This document shows positions 1 through 7,907 of a stretch of 64,000 nt of DNA, piece after piece. The position numbers and the translations under genes are program-made. Within the stretch, counting starts at the first letter, position 1; every line of letters begins with the position of its first letter. The notes beneath the pieces were generated by a model. That model made no database searches and was not told the DNA's origin. It saw only the letters and a list, made by a program, of their open reading frames with translations. Source of the stretch: a virus (lineage: Duplodnaviria > Caudoviricetes); the IMG/VR virus record IMGVR_UViG_3300037067_011000, positions 10,632 to 74,631 of that record; one strand, given 5' to 3'.

Positions 1-99
1 ATATTTACGTTACAGACAAGTATTACTTGATACAAAAACGAAAATATTAAAAACAATAGAACACTACCTTCCTATTAAATAAATTAAAACCGTAAGAAA

Positions 100-258
100 A
101 TGATTACAAAAACAGAACATAGAAAAAGAAGTTATAGCATAAGTGGGCCTTCTACATATGATAAGAAAAAACATATTGAAGATCATTTAATAATCACCTA
201 CTGGTTTTTATTTATCCCTATATTTCAATACAAAAAACTTATTGGGACTAATTTATAA
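100..258 (+). CDS. small hypothetical protein (52 aa)
   Basis: Manually translated ATG..TAA ORF (MITKTEHRKRSY...TYWFLFIPIFQYKKLIGTNL) ending 2 nt before the primase start; below ORF-track cutoff. Confidence 0.6.
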   Translation: MITKTEHRKRSYSISGPSTYDKKKHIEDHLIITYWFLFIPIFQYKKLIGTNL

Positions 259-260
259 CC

Positions 261-1184
261 ATGAATATCATACAGCTTTATCAGGATTTTGGAATACCTT
301 ATCAAACAGAGGGGCACAAACACTGCCGTCCTGGATGGGTAAATATTGAATGCCCTCTTTGCATTGGTGAACATGAAGGATTACACCTTGGTTTTAATTT
401 AGAAGGTAACTATTATTCCTGTTACAGATGTGGTGGAAATTCCATTTATAAAGTCCTTTCTGCCCTTCTCAAAATAAATAACTACGAAGAACTTAAAGCT
501 ATCATCAAACGATATGATACTGTAACACTCAAAAAAGAACCAATTGTCAAAATACGAGCAAAAGCATTCAGACTACCTTCCAACTGTGAACCTTTGCAAG
601 CAAATCACAGGCATTATCTGGAAAAACGTAACTTTGATCCTGATTATCTTGAAAAGACTTGGGGACTTCTTGGAACCGGTGTTTACAGCAAACTTTCAAC
701 AGGAGATGGAGGAAAAGAACATTTAGTTGATTACAAATTCAGAATTGTTATTCCTTTCATTTGGGAAGGTAAGCAAGTCAGTTTTGACAGTAGGGATATT
801 ACAGGAAAAGATCCTGGAAGATACAGGACTTGCCCAAAGGACAGGGAATTAATACCACACAAAAGTATATTGTATGGAAAACAAGAAAAGTGGAAAGAAA
901 CAGCAATTTGTGTCGAAGGACCCACTGATGTATGGAGATTGGGCACGAATGCCTTTGCCGTCTCAGGGATTAAATACACACCAAAACAAGTTAGATGTAT
1001 TGCAAGCAGTTTCAAACGTGTTGCCGTCTGTTTTGATGATGACCCACAAGCAAAAGTGCAAGCTTCTAAAATTGTGGCTGAATTGAAATTTAGAGGTGTA
1101 GATGCTTTCAGGGTTGATATTGAAGATGATCCTGGAAGTATGAAACAGGAAGATGCTGATTATTTAGTTAAACAACTATTATGA
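261..1184 (+). CDS. phage DNA primase (Zn finger + TOPRIM)
   Basis: N-terminal CPLC...CYRC zinc motif; TOPRIM motifs VEGPTD and FDDD. Confidence 0.85.
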   Translation: MNIIQLYQDFGIPYQTEGHKHCRPGWVNIECPLCIGEHEGLHLGFNLEGNYYSCYRCGGNSIYKVLSALLKINNYEELKAIIKRYDTVTLKKEPIVKIRAKAFRLPSNCEPLQANHRHYLEKRNFDPDYLEKTWGLLGTGVYSKLSTGDGGKEHLVDYKFRIVIPFIWEGKQVSFDSRDITGKDPGRYRTCPKDRELIPHKSILYGKQEKWKETAICVEGPTDVWRLGTNAFAVSGIKYTPKQVRCIASSFKRVAVCFDDDPQAKVQASKIVAELKFRGVDAFRVDIEDDPGSMKQEDADYLVKQLL

Positions 1185-1408
1185 CAGAAATTTTATCTAT
1201 TCCTGCAAATCATGAAGGGGACAAATTATTTATAAAACATTTTCATACAATGAATAAGAGAATGTTTTGTAGTTATAAAAGTACTTATAATGATATGCCA
1301 TTTCAAGAAACAGAATTATTCTTTGCAGATAATAATAAAAATGTAGTTATCTGTGGAGAAGATGGTACAGTTCTTTGGAGAATACCCTATAAACTATTAA
1401 TACATTAA
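1181..1408 (+). CDS. hypothetical protein
   Basis: ATGA overlap with primase stop; no recognised motif. Confidence 0.6.
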   Translation: MTEILSIPANHEGDKLFIKHFHTMNKRMFCSYKSTYNDMPFQETELFFADNNKNVVICGEDGTVLWRIPYKLLIH

Positions 1409-1412
1409 AATT

Positions 1413-1598
1413 ATGAAAACAAAATTTATTTTTGTTGTTTTTATGTCTTTTTTTATTCTGTTTTTTATAATAGGAATAATACAACACCATTATGCAGGTA
1501 TATGGGTTTCTTGGAAATTTGTTCTTTTATATGCTTTAATAGCATCTTCAATTCTTACTTTTGCTTATTTTATTATGAATCAAATTATAAAGAAATGA
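1413..1598 (+). CDS. small membrane protein (2 hydrophobic segments)
   Basis: FIFVVFMSFFILFFIIGII and FVLLYALIASSILTFAYFIM. Confidence 0.65.
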   Translation: MKTKFIFVVFMSFFILFFIIGIIQHHYAGIWVSWKFVLLYALIASSILTFAYFIMNQIIKK

Positions 1599-1834
1599 AA
1601 ATAAAATTTGTAAAAATCAGTTCAGACTTCTTTAAGATTTCTGAAAAAGGAAAAACATTTAAAGGATACACTTTAAATGAAAGAAATCTTGACTCAAGCC
1701 AATGGTGTTTATATCTTGAAACAATATATATGACAGGAAATAGATACCAAACTTTAGTAGAATTGTTTTCCCCAAAAGGATTTGTAACAACTGTCCCAAT
1801 GAAAGAAATAAGACTTTTAAAACTGAAGAAATGA
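1595..1834 (+). CDS. hypothetical protein
   Basis: Likely start is the ATG at 1595 overlapping the upstream TGA (ORF track starts at 1502). Confidence 0.55.
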   Translation: MKIKFVKISSDFFKISEKGKTFKGYTLNERNLDSSQWCLYLETIYMTGNRYQTLVELFSPKGFVTTVPMKEIRLLKLKK

Positions 1835-2058
1835 GTCACTCTTGGCAAAAATCAGATGGGTTTCGTACAGATGTTTGTGTTCATTGTGGGTTGATAAGAT
1901 ATTGGGATGATAGTTTTAAAAAACTGATGTACAAAACCAAATGGAGAATCTGGTACTTTGGTATGCCTTCTTGTAAAAGCACTTACACTTGTGATAAAAT
2001 AGAAAAACCGGAAAAAGAAACAATAAATTTTCTTAAACATAAAAACTTTATAGCATGA
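1831..2058 (+). CDS. small Cys/His-rich (Zn-ribbon-like) protein
   Basis: HSW...CVHC...C pattern; ATGA-coupled. Confidence 0.55.
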   Translation: MSHSWQKSDGFRTDVCVHCGLIRYWDDSFKKLMYKTKWRIWYFGMPSCKSTYTCDKIEKPEKETINFLKHKNFIA

Positions 2059-2339
2059 AATGGATTCTTTACATTACAATTATTTCCTTTATTGGGTTTG
2101 TCTTTTCACTTGTAAAAGCAAGAAAGGATGCCCAAAAGGAACCTGAAAATGGAACAACTATTGTTTATCCTGATGAAGAAATGTTTCAGGAAAATGATAT
2201 TGATGAGTTTTCACCTGATAGTATGATTTCCGATCAGACTATAAAAGATGTTTCTTTAAAGTACAAACTTAAAAAAATTGAGGAAGAAGAAACAAAAATT
2301 GACTCTTTTGATTTTGATAATCGTGAAGATGGAAAGTAG
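2055..2339 (+). CDS. membrane-anchored acidic hypothetical protein
   Basis: N-terminal hydrophobic helix followed by an acidic tail. Confidence 0.6.
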   Translation: MKWILYITIISFIGFVFSLVKARKDAQKEPENGTTIVYPDEEMFQENDIDEFSPDSMISDQTIKDVSLKYKLKKIEEEETKIDSFDFDNREDGK

Positions 2340-2386
2340 AATAGGTGGTGGGTTGAGAAGGGTGAAAGAAGAAATATTGGAAAATG

Positions 2387-2418
2387 TTTGTTTATTAAAT
2401 TTATTAGTTGTTACTTTG
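2387..2418 (+). promoter_or_regulatory. putative Bacteroidota-type promoter (TTTG-N20-TTACTTTG)
   Basis: -33 TTTG at 2387-2390; -7 box TTACTTTG at 2411-2418, one mismatch to TAnnTTTG. Confidence 0.5.
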
Positions 2419-2434
2419 TAGGGGTATTTAAAAA

Positions 2435-2570
2435 CCAGAGCGAATATGAGATTGCAAATTAACGTCTTTTTATATACTGCCTTCACAGGCATAGATTATC
2501 CACAAAGGTTGTACAGGTCGCTCTGGATTCCCAAGTGGATTTTTTATTAACCTGTGAGGGCTTTTATTTT
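2435..2570 (+). promoter_or_regulatory. attenuator-like leader 1 (crossing helices A/A' and B/B' plus U-tract)
   Basis: CCAGAGCGA 2435-2443 pairs with TCGCTCTGG 2518-2526; GCCTTCACAGG 2479-2489 pairs with CCTGTGAGGGC 2551-2561 (one G-U); followed by TTTTATTTT. Confidence 0.6.
2446..2550 (+). CDS. putative leader peptide 1 (34 aa)
   Basis: MRLQINVFLYTAFTGIDYPQRLYRSLWIPKWIFY*; starts 2 nt after helix arm A and stops immediately before arm B'. Confidence 0.45.
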   Translation: MRLQINVFLYTAFTGIDYPQRLYRSLWIPKWIFY

Positions 2571-3212
2571 ATAGATATGGAAAATGAAGGGTTTTTTATT
2601 ATGTCAAAAGAGATGAGGATTGAATTAGAAAATTCTAAAAATAATTACATTACTTCATTAAATAAAAAATACAGTTCAATGGGGTATACAAAAATTAAAT
2701 CATCACATTTTGAAAAAGTTTGGAAGATGTGTCCTTTTGAACTTTCTAAATATGATAACAAAGAAAAAGCTCAAAAAGCATGGGATATATTGTGTGTTGA
2801 AAATATTACACCAACATTAGAAGTAATAGAGGCTCTTTTAAATGAAGTTAAATATCTTATTCAAACCAAAATAGAACTTGCAGAATTGCATTTTAGTGCA
2901 ATTATTGATAATACATCTCTTATTGAGCACATAACAACAAGATATTTAATATGTAAATTAAACAATAAAAATGCTTTTCTTACTTATAAAGAACAGTTAC
3001 AACATCCTTTGTGGCAAAAGAAAAGATTAGAAATAATGCAAAGGGATAATTTTAGTTGTAGACAATGTGGGGATAACCAAAATGTTTTAAATGTGCACCA
3101 TAAAAAATATATTTCAGGAAATAAACCTTGGGAATATCCTGATGAGGATTTAATAACTCTTTGTGAAACCTGCCATTCTAATCTTGAACTTAATAAAAAA
3201 AAGAATGGCTAA
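2535..3212 (+). CDS. HNH endonuclease domain protein
   Basis: C-terminal LQHPLWQKKRLEIMQRDNFSCRQC...VHH...LCETCH; true start may be the ATG at 2577 or 2601. Confidence 0.75.
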   Translation: MDFLLTCEGFYFIDMENEGFFIMSKEMRIELENSKNNYITSLNKKYSSMGYTKIKSSHFEKVWKMCPFELSKYDNKEKAQKAWDILCVENITPTLEVIEALLNEVKYLIQTKIELAELHFSAIIDNTSLIEHITTRYLICKLNNKNAFLTYKEQLQHPLWQKKRLEIMQRDNFSCRQCGDNQNVLNVHHKKYISGNKPWEYPDEDLITLCETCHSNLELNKKKNG

Positions 3213-3999
3213 AGATCCTGCATTTTTATTCTATACAAATGACTTCTATACAGGTACTATTTTCATGTCAGATGAACAGGTAGGAATGTATGTTCGTTTA
3301 CTCTGTTTACAACATCAAAAAGGACATTTAGAAGAAAAACATATGTTAAACATATGTAAAACATATGATAAAGATGTGTTTTCTAAGTTCATTCAGGATA
3401 ATGAAGGAAAGTATTTTAATGAACGTCTTGAAATAGAAATAGATAAACGTAATAAATATTGTGAAAATAGAGGAAAAAACAGGAAAAAGAAAAAATCATA
3501 TGATACAACATATGAAAATCATAGTGAAGATGAAGATATAGATAATTTTTTAAAGGGGGTACAGGGGGAAGAAACCTCCCAAGAAAAAAACGGTTTTATA
3601 ACACCAAAATTGTTTGAAGACTTCTGGGAACTATACCCAAAGAAAACAGATAAAGGAAAGGCTCTTTCAAAATGGAATCAAATTTGTTCAAGAAAAGAAA
3701 ATCGTCCTGTGTGGAAAGAATTAAGAAAAGCTATACATGATCAAAAAAAATCAGATCGTTGGCAGAACAAAAAATTTATACCTGTACCAACAACTTGGTT
3801 AAATCAAAGTCGGTGGTTAGATGATCCAAAAGAAATGGTATCTTATAATTTTGATGAAGATAAGCAAACTTTTTCATGTCCTGAAAATTGGGTTTTTGGT
3901 GTAGATTATGCAGAAGGTAAACAGGGTTGTAGAGATTGTGAAGAATTTCATTCAAATATTTGTAATGCTTGTATAAGTAAATTTCAACTTAAAAAATAA
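3205..3999 (+). CDS. phage replication initiator (lambda O-like; DUF1376-like N-terminus)
   Basis: MAKDPAFLFYTNDF..GT..MS.EQVG.Y.RLLC N-terminus; FEDFWELYPKK...TWLNQSRWLD C-terminal domain; lies upstream of the helicase. Confidence 0.75.
   Translation: MAKDPAFLFYTNDFYTGTIFMSDEQVGMYVRLLCLQHQKGHLEEKHMLNICKTYDKDVFSKFIQDNEGKYFNERLEIEIDKRNKYCENRGKNRKKKKSYDTTYENHSEDEDIDNFLKGVQGEETSQEKNGFITPKLFEDFWELYPKKTDKGKALSKWNQICSRKENRPVWKELRKAIHDQKKSDRWQNKKFIPVPTTWLNQSRWLDDPKEMVSYNFDEDKQTFSCPENWVFGVDYAEGKQGCRDCEEFHSNICNACISKFQLKK
3337..3526. repeat. iteron-like CATATG repeats (candidate origin)
   Basis: AAACATATG x3 at 3337, 3348, 3359 (11-bp period); CATATG at 3497 and 3509; degenerate CATAGTG at 3520. Confidence 0.55.
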
Positions 4000-4002
4000 A
4001 AT

Positions 4003-5292
4003 ATGGCTATAAAATACTCAGAAGATCATGGACACCCAAATACTTTTGTTGAAAGAAAAATAACACTTGGTTTATTAACCTCCACAGAGTTTTGTGATAA
4101 AGTTGCAAAAATTTGGGATATTGGTTTGATTGAATCCTCCACAGATAAAATGATTTTGTCTTGGGGTTGGGAATATTATTTGAAATTTAAAAAAGCTCCA
4201 GGAAATACTATTGCAGATATTTATTACTCCAAACTTAAAGAAACAAAAATTAACCCTGATATTGCAAATGAGATTGAAGAAGTTCTTCTTCCAAATTTAT
4301 ATACTGATTTTAAACAGGATAATTATAATTTAGAATATCTTGTTGAAGAAACAGAAAAATACTTCAATGACAGAGGACTTCAAATTTTCCACGAAAGCGT
4401 GGAAGCCTTGAGAAAAGCAAATAAACATGAAGAAGCAGAAAAACTTATCAGGGAATACAAACCCCCAAGTAAAATAGGGAAACTTGCAAAATATATTTCA
4501 ACTGTAGCAAAACTTAAAAAAGATGAAACACCCACACCAACAACAATTATGCACCCTTGGCTTAAAGAAGGACAGATAACAATCATCTATGCAAACTATG
4601 GTGTGGGGAAGTCCCTGCTTTCAATTCTCGTGGGATATATGTGTGGGTTGAAAGAGTTTGATACCAGTGACTGTGAAATAGGAGAATGGTTTGTTAAAAC
4701 ACCAACAGGGTGTTTATATGTTGATGGGGAACTTGGAGAAAAAGAAATGGTAGAACGTATAAAGCAGTATGAGTGGCTTGGTATTCAGCATAGGGATCAC
4801 AAAATGCAAATACTTTCAATCCCTGATTATCAAATCAAAACAGAAGATGTGTTTTATCTTGGTAATAGGAAAAATCAACTTGAAATTGTGTCTTGGTTAA
4901 AAGATCACCCAACTTACAAACTCATAATTCTTGACAGTGTGAGTACCTTGTTTGGATTAGCAAATGAAAATGATAACAGTGAGTGGGGATATAAAGTAAA
5001 CCCATTCTTGAGGGATCTTAGGGCACTAAACGTGGCTTGTTTGCTTTTACACCATTCAGGGAAAAGTTCAAAGACAGGGTTGAGGGGTGCTTCTGCAATG
5101 GGGGCAATGGCACAGAACATATTTAAACTTGATTCCCATAAGAAATGTGATGTGGACAATGGTGAGGCTTGGTTCGTTTTGAAGAAAGATAAACAGAGAA
5201 GTGGAGGTAAACAATTTAAAACTTTTTCTATTCACTTCTTCCAAAATGAGGAAAAAACAAAAACTAATTGGAAAATAACTGAAAACTACTAA
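4003..5292 (+). CDS. replicative helicase (RecA-fold, AAA_25/DnaB-like)
   Basis: Walker A ANYGVGKS, YVDGE, Walker B IILDS, HHSGK motif. Confidence 0.8.
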   Translation: MAIKYSEDHGHPNTFVERKITLGLLTSTEFCDKVAKIWDIGLIESSTDKMILSWGWEYYLKFKKAPGNTIADIYYSKLKETKINPDIANEIEEVLLPNLYTDFKQDNYNLEYLVEETEKYFNDRGLQIFHESVEALRKANKHEEAEKLIREYKPPSKIGKLAKYISTVAKLKKDETPTPTTIMHPWLKEGQITIIYANYGVGKSLLSILVGYMCGLKEFDTSDCEIGEWFVKTPTGCLYVDGELGEKEMVERIKQYEWLGIQHRDHKMQILSIPDYQIKTEDVFYLGNRKNQLEIVSWLKDHPTYKLIILDSVSTLFGLANENDNSEWGYKVNPFLRDLRALNVACLLLHHSGKSSKTGLRGASAMGAMAQNIFKLDSHKKCDVDNGEAWFVLKKDKQRSGGKQFKTFSIHFFQNEEKTKTNWKITENY

Positions 5293-5321
5293 AAATAGAT
5301 TCAAAAATTTTAAATAAAGTC

Positions 5322-5340
5322 AAATTAAATTTGTATAATG
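5322..5340 (+). promoter_or_regulatory. putative promoter AAATTAAATTTGTATAATG
   Basis: Intergenic; contains TAAATTTG (TAnnTTTG) and TTGTATAAT; related motif recurs at 16237 and 23730. Confidence 0.5.
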
Positions 5341-5359
5341 TCTAAAATGAAGTAAAATT

Positions 5360-6649
5360 ATGAAAATTACAAAAGATGATTTATTCGTAGCAGCAAGGGA
5401 AATGATAGATGTCATGGAGTTAGTAAACAACCAGACTGACAAAATTCCTATTCAACTTGAAGACACAAAGACAGAAGATGAACTGAAATCTTTCATCCTC
5501 ACAGCAGCAAAGGACAGGTATGATTCTGATAAGTTCACCGAACTCACAGAGGATATTATCAAGGAACTTGCAGACAATCCTGCACCAACAGGGGATACTC
5601 TTGCAGATGACATTGCACAGGCTGATACCCTGAAAGAACTCAGGAACATTGCCAAGGCAGAAGATGCTTTCAAGTCCATAAGGGGAAACCTGATGTCCTA
5701 CAAAGAAGTTGAATTTCTCAAAAATGACATGTTGGAGATTTTAAGTGATACTCCCAACACTGACAAGATTGTGGAGGAAAAAATCGTTGTAAATGCCCTT
5801 CCCGAAGCACAAGGGGCATCCAAAACCAAAAGTGACACTCTCATATCAAAAATGATGAAAGTGTCAGAAATCATCACAAAAGAGCCTTTTAGTGGGTTAT
5901 TTAAAATTGACCCACTTACAAGAGAAAAAATCAAATCTGACATGGAAGAAAATGGATTTGACAGGGCTTTTCCAGTAATTCTTTGGGGAAATGTGTTGAT
6001 AGATGGCAATACAAGACTTCTCGTTGCACGAGAACTTGAAATTGAAGAAGTGCCTGTTGAAGTGAAAGAGTTCTTTGATCAGCAAGAGGCTTTGGAGTAT
6101 GCTATTCATGCACAGAGGGACAGGAGAAATATTACTGATAGTGAGATACTATCTTGTATTGAGGTATTGGATGAGAAGATGTCAAGGAAAGAAGCAGGAG
6201 CAAAAGGTGGGAACAAAGAAAAGAAAGAGGAACCAAGTCATGTGAAAACTGCAAAGACTTTGAAAGTTACCAAGACAAAAGTGAGTGATGCAAGGGCAGT
6301 ACTGACTGATGCAGTGGCTACGGAAGAAGTGAAGTCGGGCAAGAAGACAATTTCAAAAGCTGCAAAAGAGGTAAGGGAAAAGAAAAAACCTGTAAAAGAG
6401 GTTAAGGAAATAAAGAAAACAAGGTTGGAAGCTGTGGCAGAGGTGGCAAAAGGTTTTATGAGTGCAAGTACTACAATGCAGGAATTGATTGAGGAATCTG
6501 ATATTCTCTTTGAAGATTGGGGAGGAAAAACTGATATGAAAGAAATGGAAAAGGTTGTTATGAACACTCTTGATGTGCTCAAAGCCTTTGGTCTTGTTGT
6601 ATTTTTAGGGGAAGATGAAATTTCGGTAAAAGGAGTTTTAATAATATAA
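5360..6649 (+). CDS. ParB N-terminal domain protein with extra N- and C-terminal domains
   Basis: FSGLF...IKSDMEENGFD..FPVILW...LIDGNTRL..ARELEIEEVPV...RRN ParB-like core. Confidence 0.75.
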   Translation: MKITKDDLFVAAREMIDVMELVNNQTDKIPIQLEDTKTEDELKSFILTAAKDRYDSDKFTELTEDIIKELADNPAPTGDTLADDIAQADTLKELRNIAKAEDAFKSIRGNLMSYKEVEFLKNDMLEILSDTPNTDKIVEEKIVVNALPEAQGASKTKSDTLISKMMKVSEIITKEPFSGLFKIDPLTREKIKSDMEENGFDRAFPVILWGNVLIDGNTRLLVARELEIEEVPVEVKEFFDQQEALEYAIHAQRDRRNITDSEILSCIEVLDEKMSRKEAGAKGGNKEKKEEPSHVKTAKTLKVTKTKVSDARAVLTDAVATEEVKSGKKTISKAAKEVREKKKPVKEVKEIKKTRLEAVAEVAKGFMSASTTMQELIEESDILFEDWGGKTDMKEMEKVVMNTLDVLKAFGLVVFLGEDEISVKGVLII

Positions 6650-6665
6650 ATTTAAAAATTAAAAA

Positions 6666-6989
6666 ATGAATCCAAAAATTAATGAGATTGTTATTGATGG
6701 TGTAACCTATGTTCCTAAAAATTCAGTAAAAGAATATGATGGGGATATTAAAATTGTAATCCTCCAAAGAGGGTGGGTGTATGTTGGTCGTTTTGAAAGA
6801 AATGGAACTGATTGTAAACTCCACAATGCTTCTTGTATTCGGGTTTGGGGGACTACAAAAGGGCTTCAAGAACTGGTGAATGGTGTTACAAGTTCTACAA
6901 AACTCGATAAATGTGATGGTGTTGTGGAATTTGATTGGCTTACGGTTGTACATACTATAACTGTAAATAAATCCAAATGGCTTCTGTAA
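6666..6989 (+). CDS. DUF6948-like phage protein
   Basis: IVILQRGWVYVG...L.NA.CIRVWGTTKGL.EL pattern, typically found just upstream of Gly-rich repeat genes. Confidence 0.65.
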   Translation: MNPKINEIVIDGVTYVPKNSVKEYDGDIKIVILQRGWVYVGRFERNGTDCKLHNASCIRVWGTTKGLQELVNGVTSSTKLDKCDGVVEFDWLTVVHTITVNKSKWLL

Positions 6990-7288
6990 GGATTGCTATG
7001 AATTTTGAGGATACTCAAAATTTATACGGGAACGGGTACGGGAACGGGTACGGGAACGGGGACGGGTACGGGTACGGGAACGGGTATGGGAACGGGTATG
7101 GGAACGGGTACGGGAACGGGGATGGGGACGGGTACGGGGACGGGTACGGGGACGGGTATGGGAACGGGAATGGGAACGGGAACGGGAACGGGAACGGGTA
7201 CAGGAACGGGAACGGGTACGGGAACGGGTACGGGAACGGGTACGGGTACGGGAACGGGTACGGGAACGGGTACGGGTACGGGTATTAA
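6977..7288 (+). CDS. Gly-rich (GNGY/GDGY)n repeat protein
   Basis: 103-aa ORF overlapping the DUF6948-like gene end; 43 X-Gly dipeptides (one is Tyr-Arg). Confidence 0.6.
   Translation: MASVRIAMNFEDTQNLYGNGYGNGYGNGDGYGYGNGYGNGYGNGYGNGDGDGYGDGYGDGYGNGNGNGNGNGNGYRNGNGYGNGYGNGYGYGNGYGNGYGYGY
7025..7282 (+). repeat. hexanucleotide microsatellite, about 43 x NAYGGG
   Basis: Continuous tacggg/aacggg/gacggg/tatggg units over 258 bp. Confidence 0.95.
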
Positions 7289-7316
7289 AATTTTTAAAAA
7301 ATAATTACAAAAGTTC

Positions 7317-7345
7317 TTTGATATTAAAATAATTGTTTATCTTTG
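7317..7345 (+). promoter_or_regulatory. Bacteroidota-type promoter (TTTG-N17-TATCTTTG)
   Basis: Exact TAnnTTTG -7 box at 7338-7345; TTTG at 7317-7320; intergenic. Confidence 0.7.
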
Positions 7346-7348
7346 TGG

Positions 7349-7479
7349 CTGGATTATATGCTCAGTATGGCTACAAAAACACAATTTATTGATATACCAT
7401 TATGGTTAGGGAGTAAGGTACTTTCCCACCTAACAGTGAGCAGTAATCCAGACTTACTCCCCCCATAATGTGTTTTTTT
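7349..7479 (+). promoter_or_regulatory. attenuator-like leader 2 (crossing helices A/A' and B/B' plus U-tract)
   Basis: CTGGATTATATGCTCA 7349-7364 pairs with TGAGCAGTAATCCAG 7437-7451; CATTATGG(TTA)GGGAGTAAG 7398-7417 pairs with CTTACTCCCCCCATAATG 7453-7470; then TGTTTTTTT. Confidence 0.65.
7367..7468 (+). CDS. putative leader peptide 2 (33 aa)
   Basis: MATKTQFIDIPLWLGSKVLSHLTVSSNPDLLPP*; starts 2 nt after arm A and stops inside arm B'. Confidence 0.45.
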   Translation: MATKTQFIDIPLWLGSKVLSHLTVSSNPDLLPP

Positions 7480-7760
7480 ACGTTGGTAAGTCAAAGCCAA
7501 ATATCAAAAGACACTCCCGAACAAAGGATGCTTCTAAGCTAAAAAACTTAATTTTAACGAAAACTAACGATGATGGGCACACTGCAAGACAGAAAATTCT
7601 GTAAAATCCCTCACTTTTTTGGGGGTAGGGGGCACTTGCAGGAGCCCTGAATTGAAGATTTGAGTTCTGAAATTTGCGTTAGCAACTGAAAATAAGATTC
7701 TGCGTTAGCAGATGTTTTACTGGTTCAAATTTATGGGTACTGTACCTAAAAGTGTAGAAA

Positions 7761-7907
7761 ATGGAACAAATATTATACATGATTCAAGAAATAGAAAATA
7801 TGGAGGATTTTATTAAAATATCTTCCATAGATTTTAAAATAGATAAACAAGTAACTAATGAATTGTTGAGATTATTACAAAATATAAAAGAAATTGGTTT
7901 AAAATGA
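7761..7907 (+). CDS. small hypothetical protein (48 aa)
   Basis: Manually translated; ATGA overlap with the methylase start. Confidence 0.5.
   Translation: MEQILYMIQEIENMEDFIKISSIDFKIDKQVTNELLRLLQNIKEIGLK

Noticed and set aside
7025-7282. CRISPR array
   Set aside because: 6-bp period with no spacers; no repeat-spacer array seen anywhere in the window
7005-7304. (TG)n Thr-Gly ORF as the real product of the microsatellite
   Set aside because: TTG start, and an automatic consequence of a stop-free hexamer repeat; the GNGY frame matches the known gene pair. Not fully excluded
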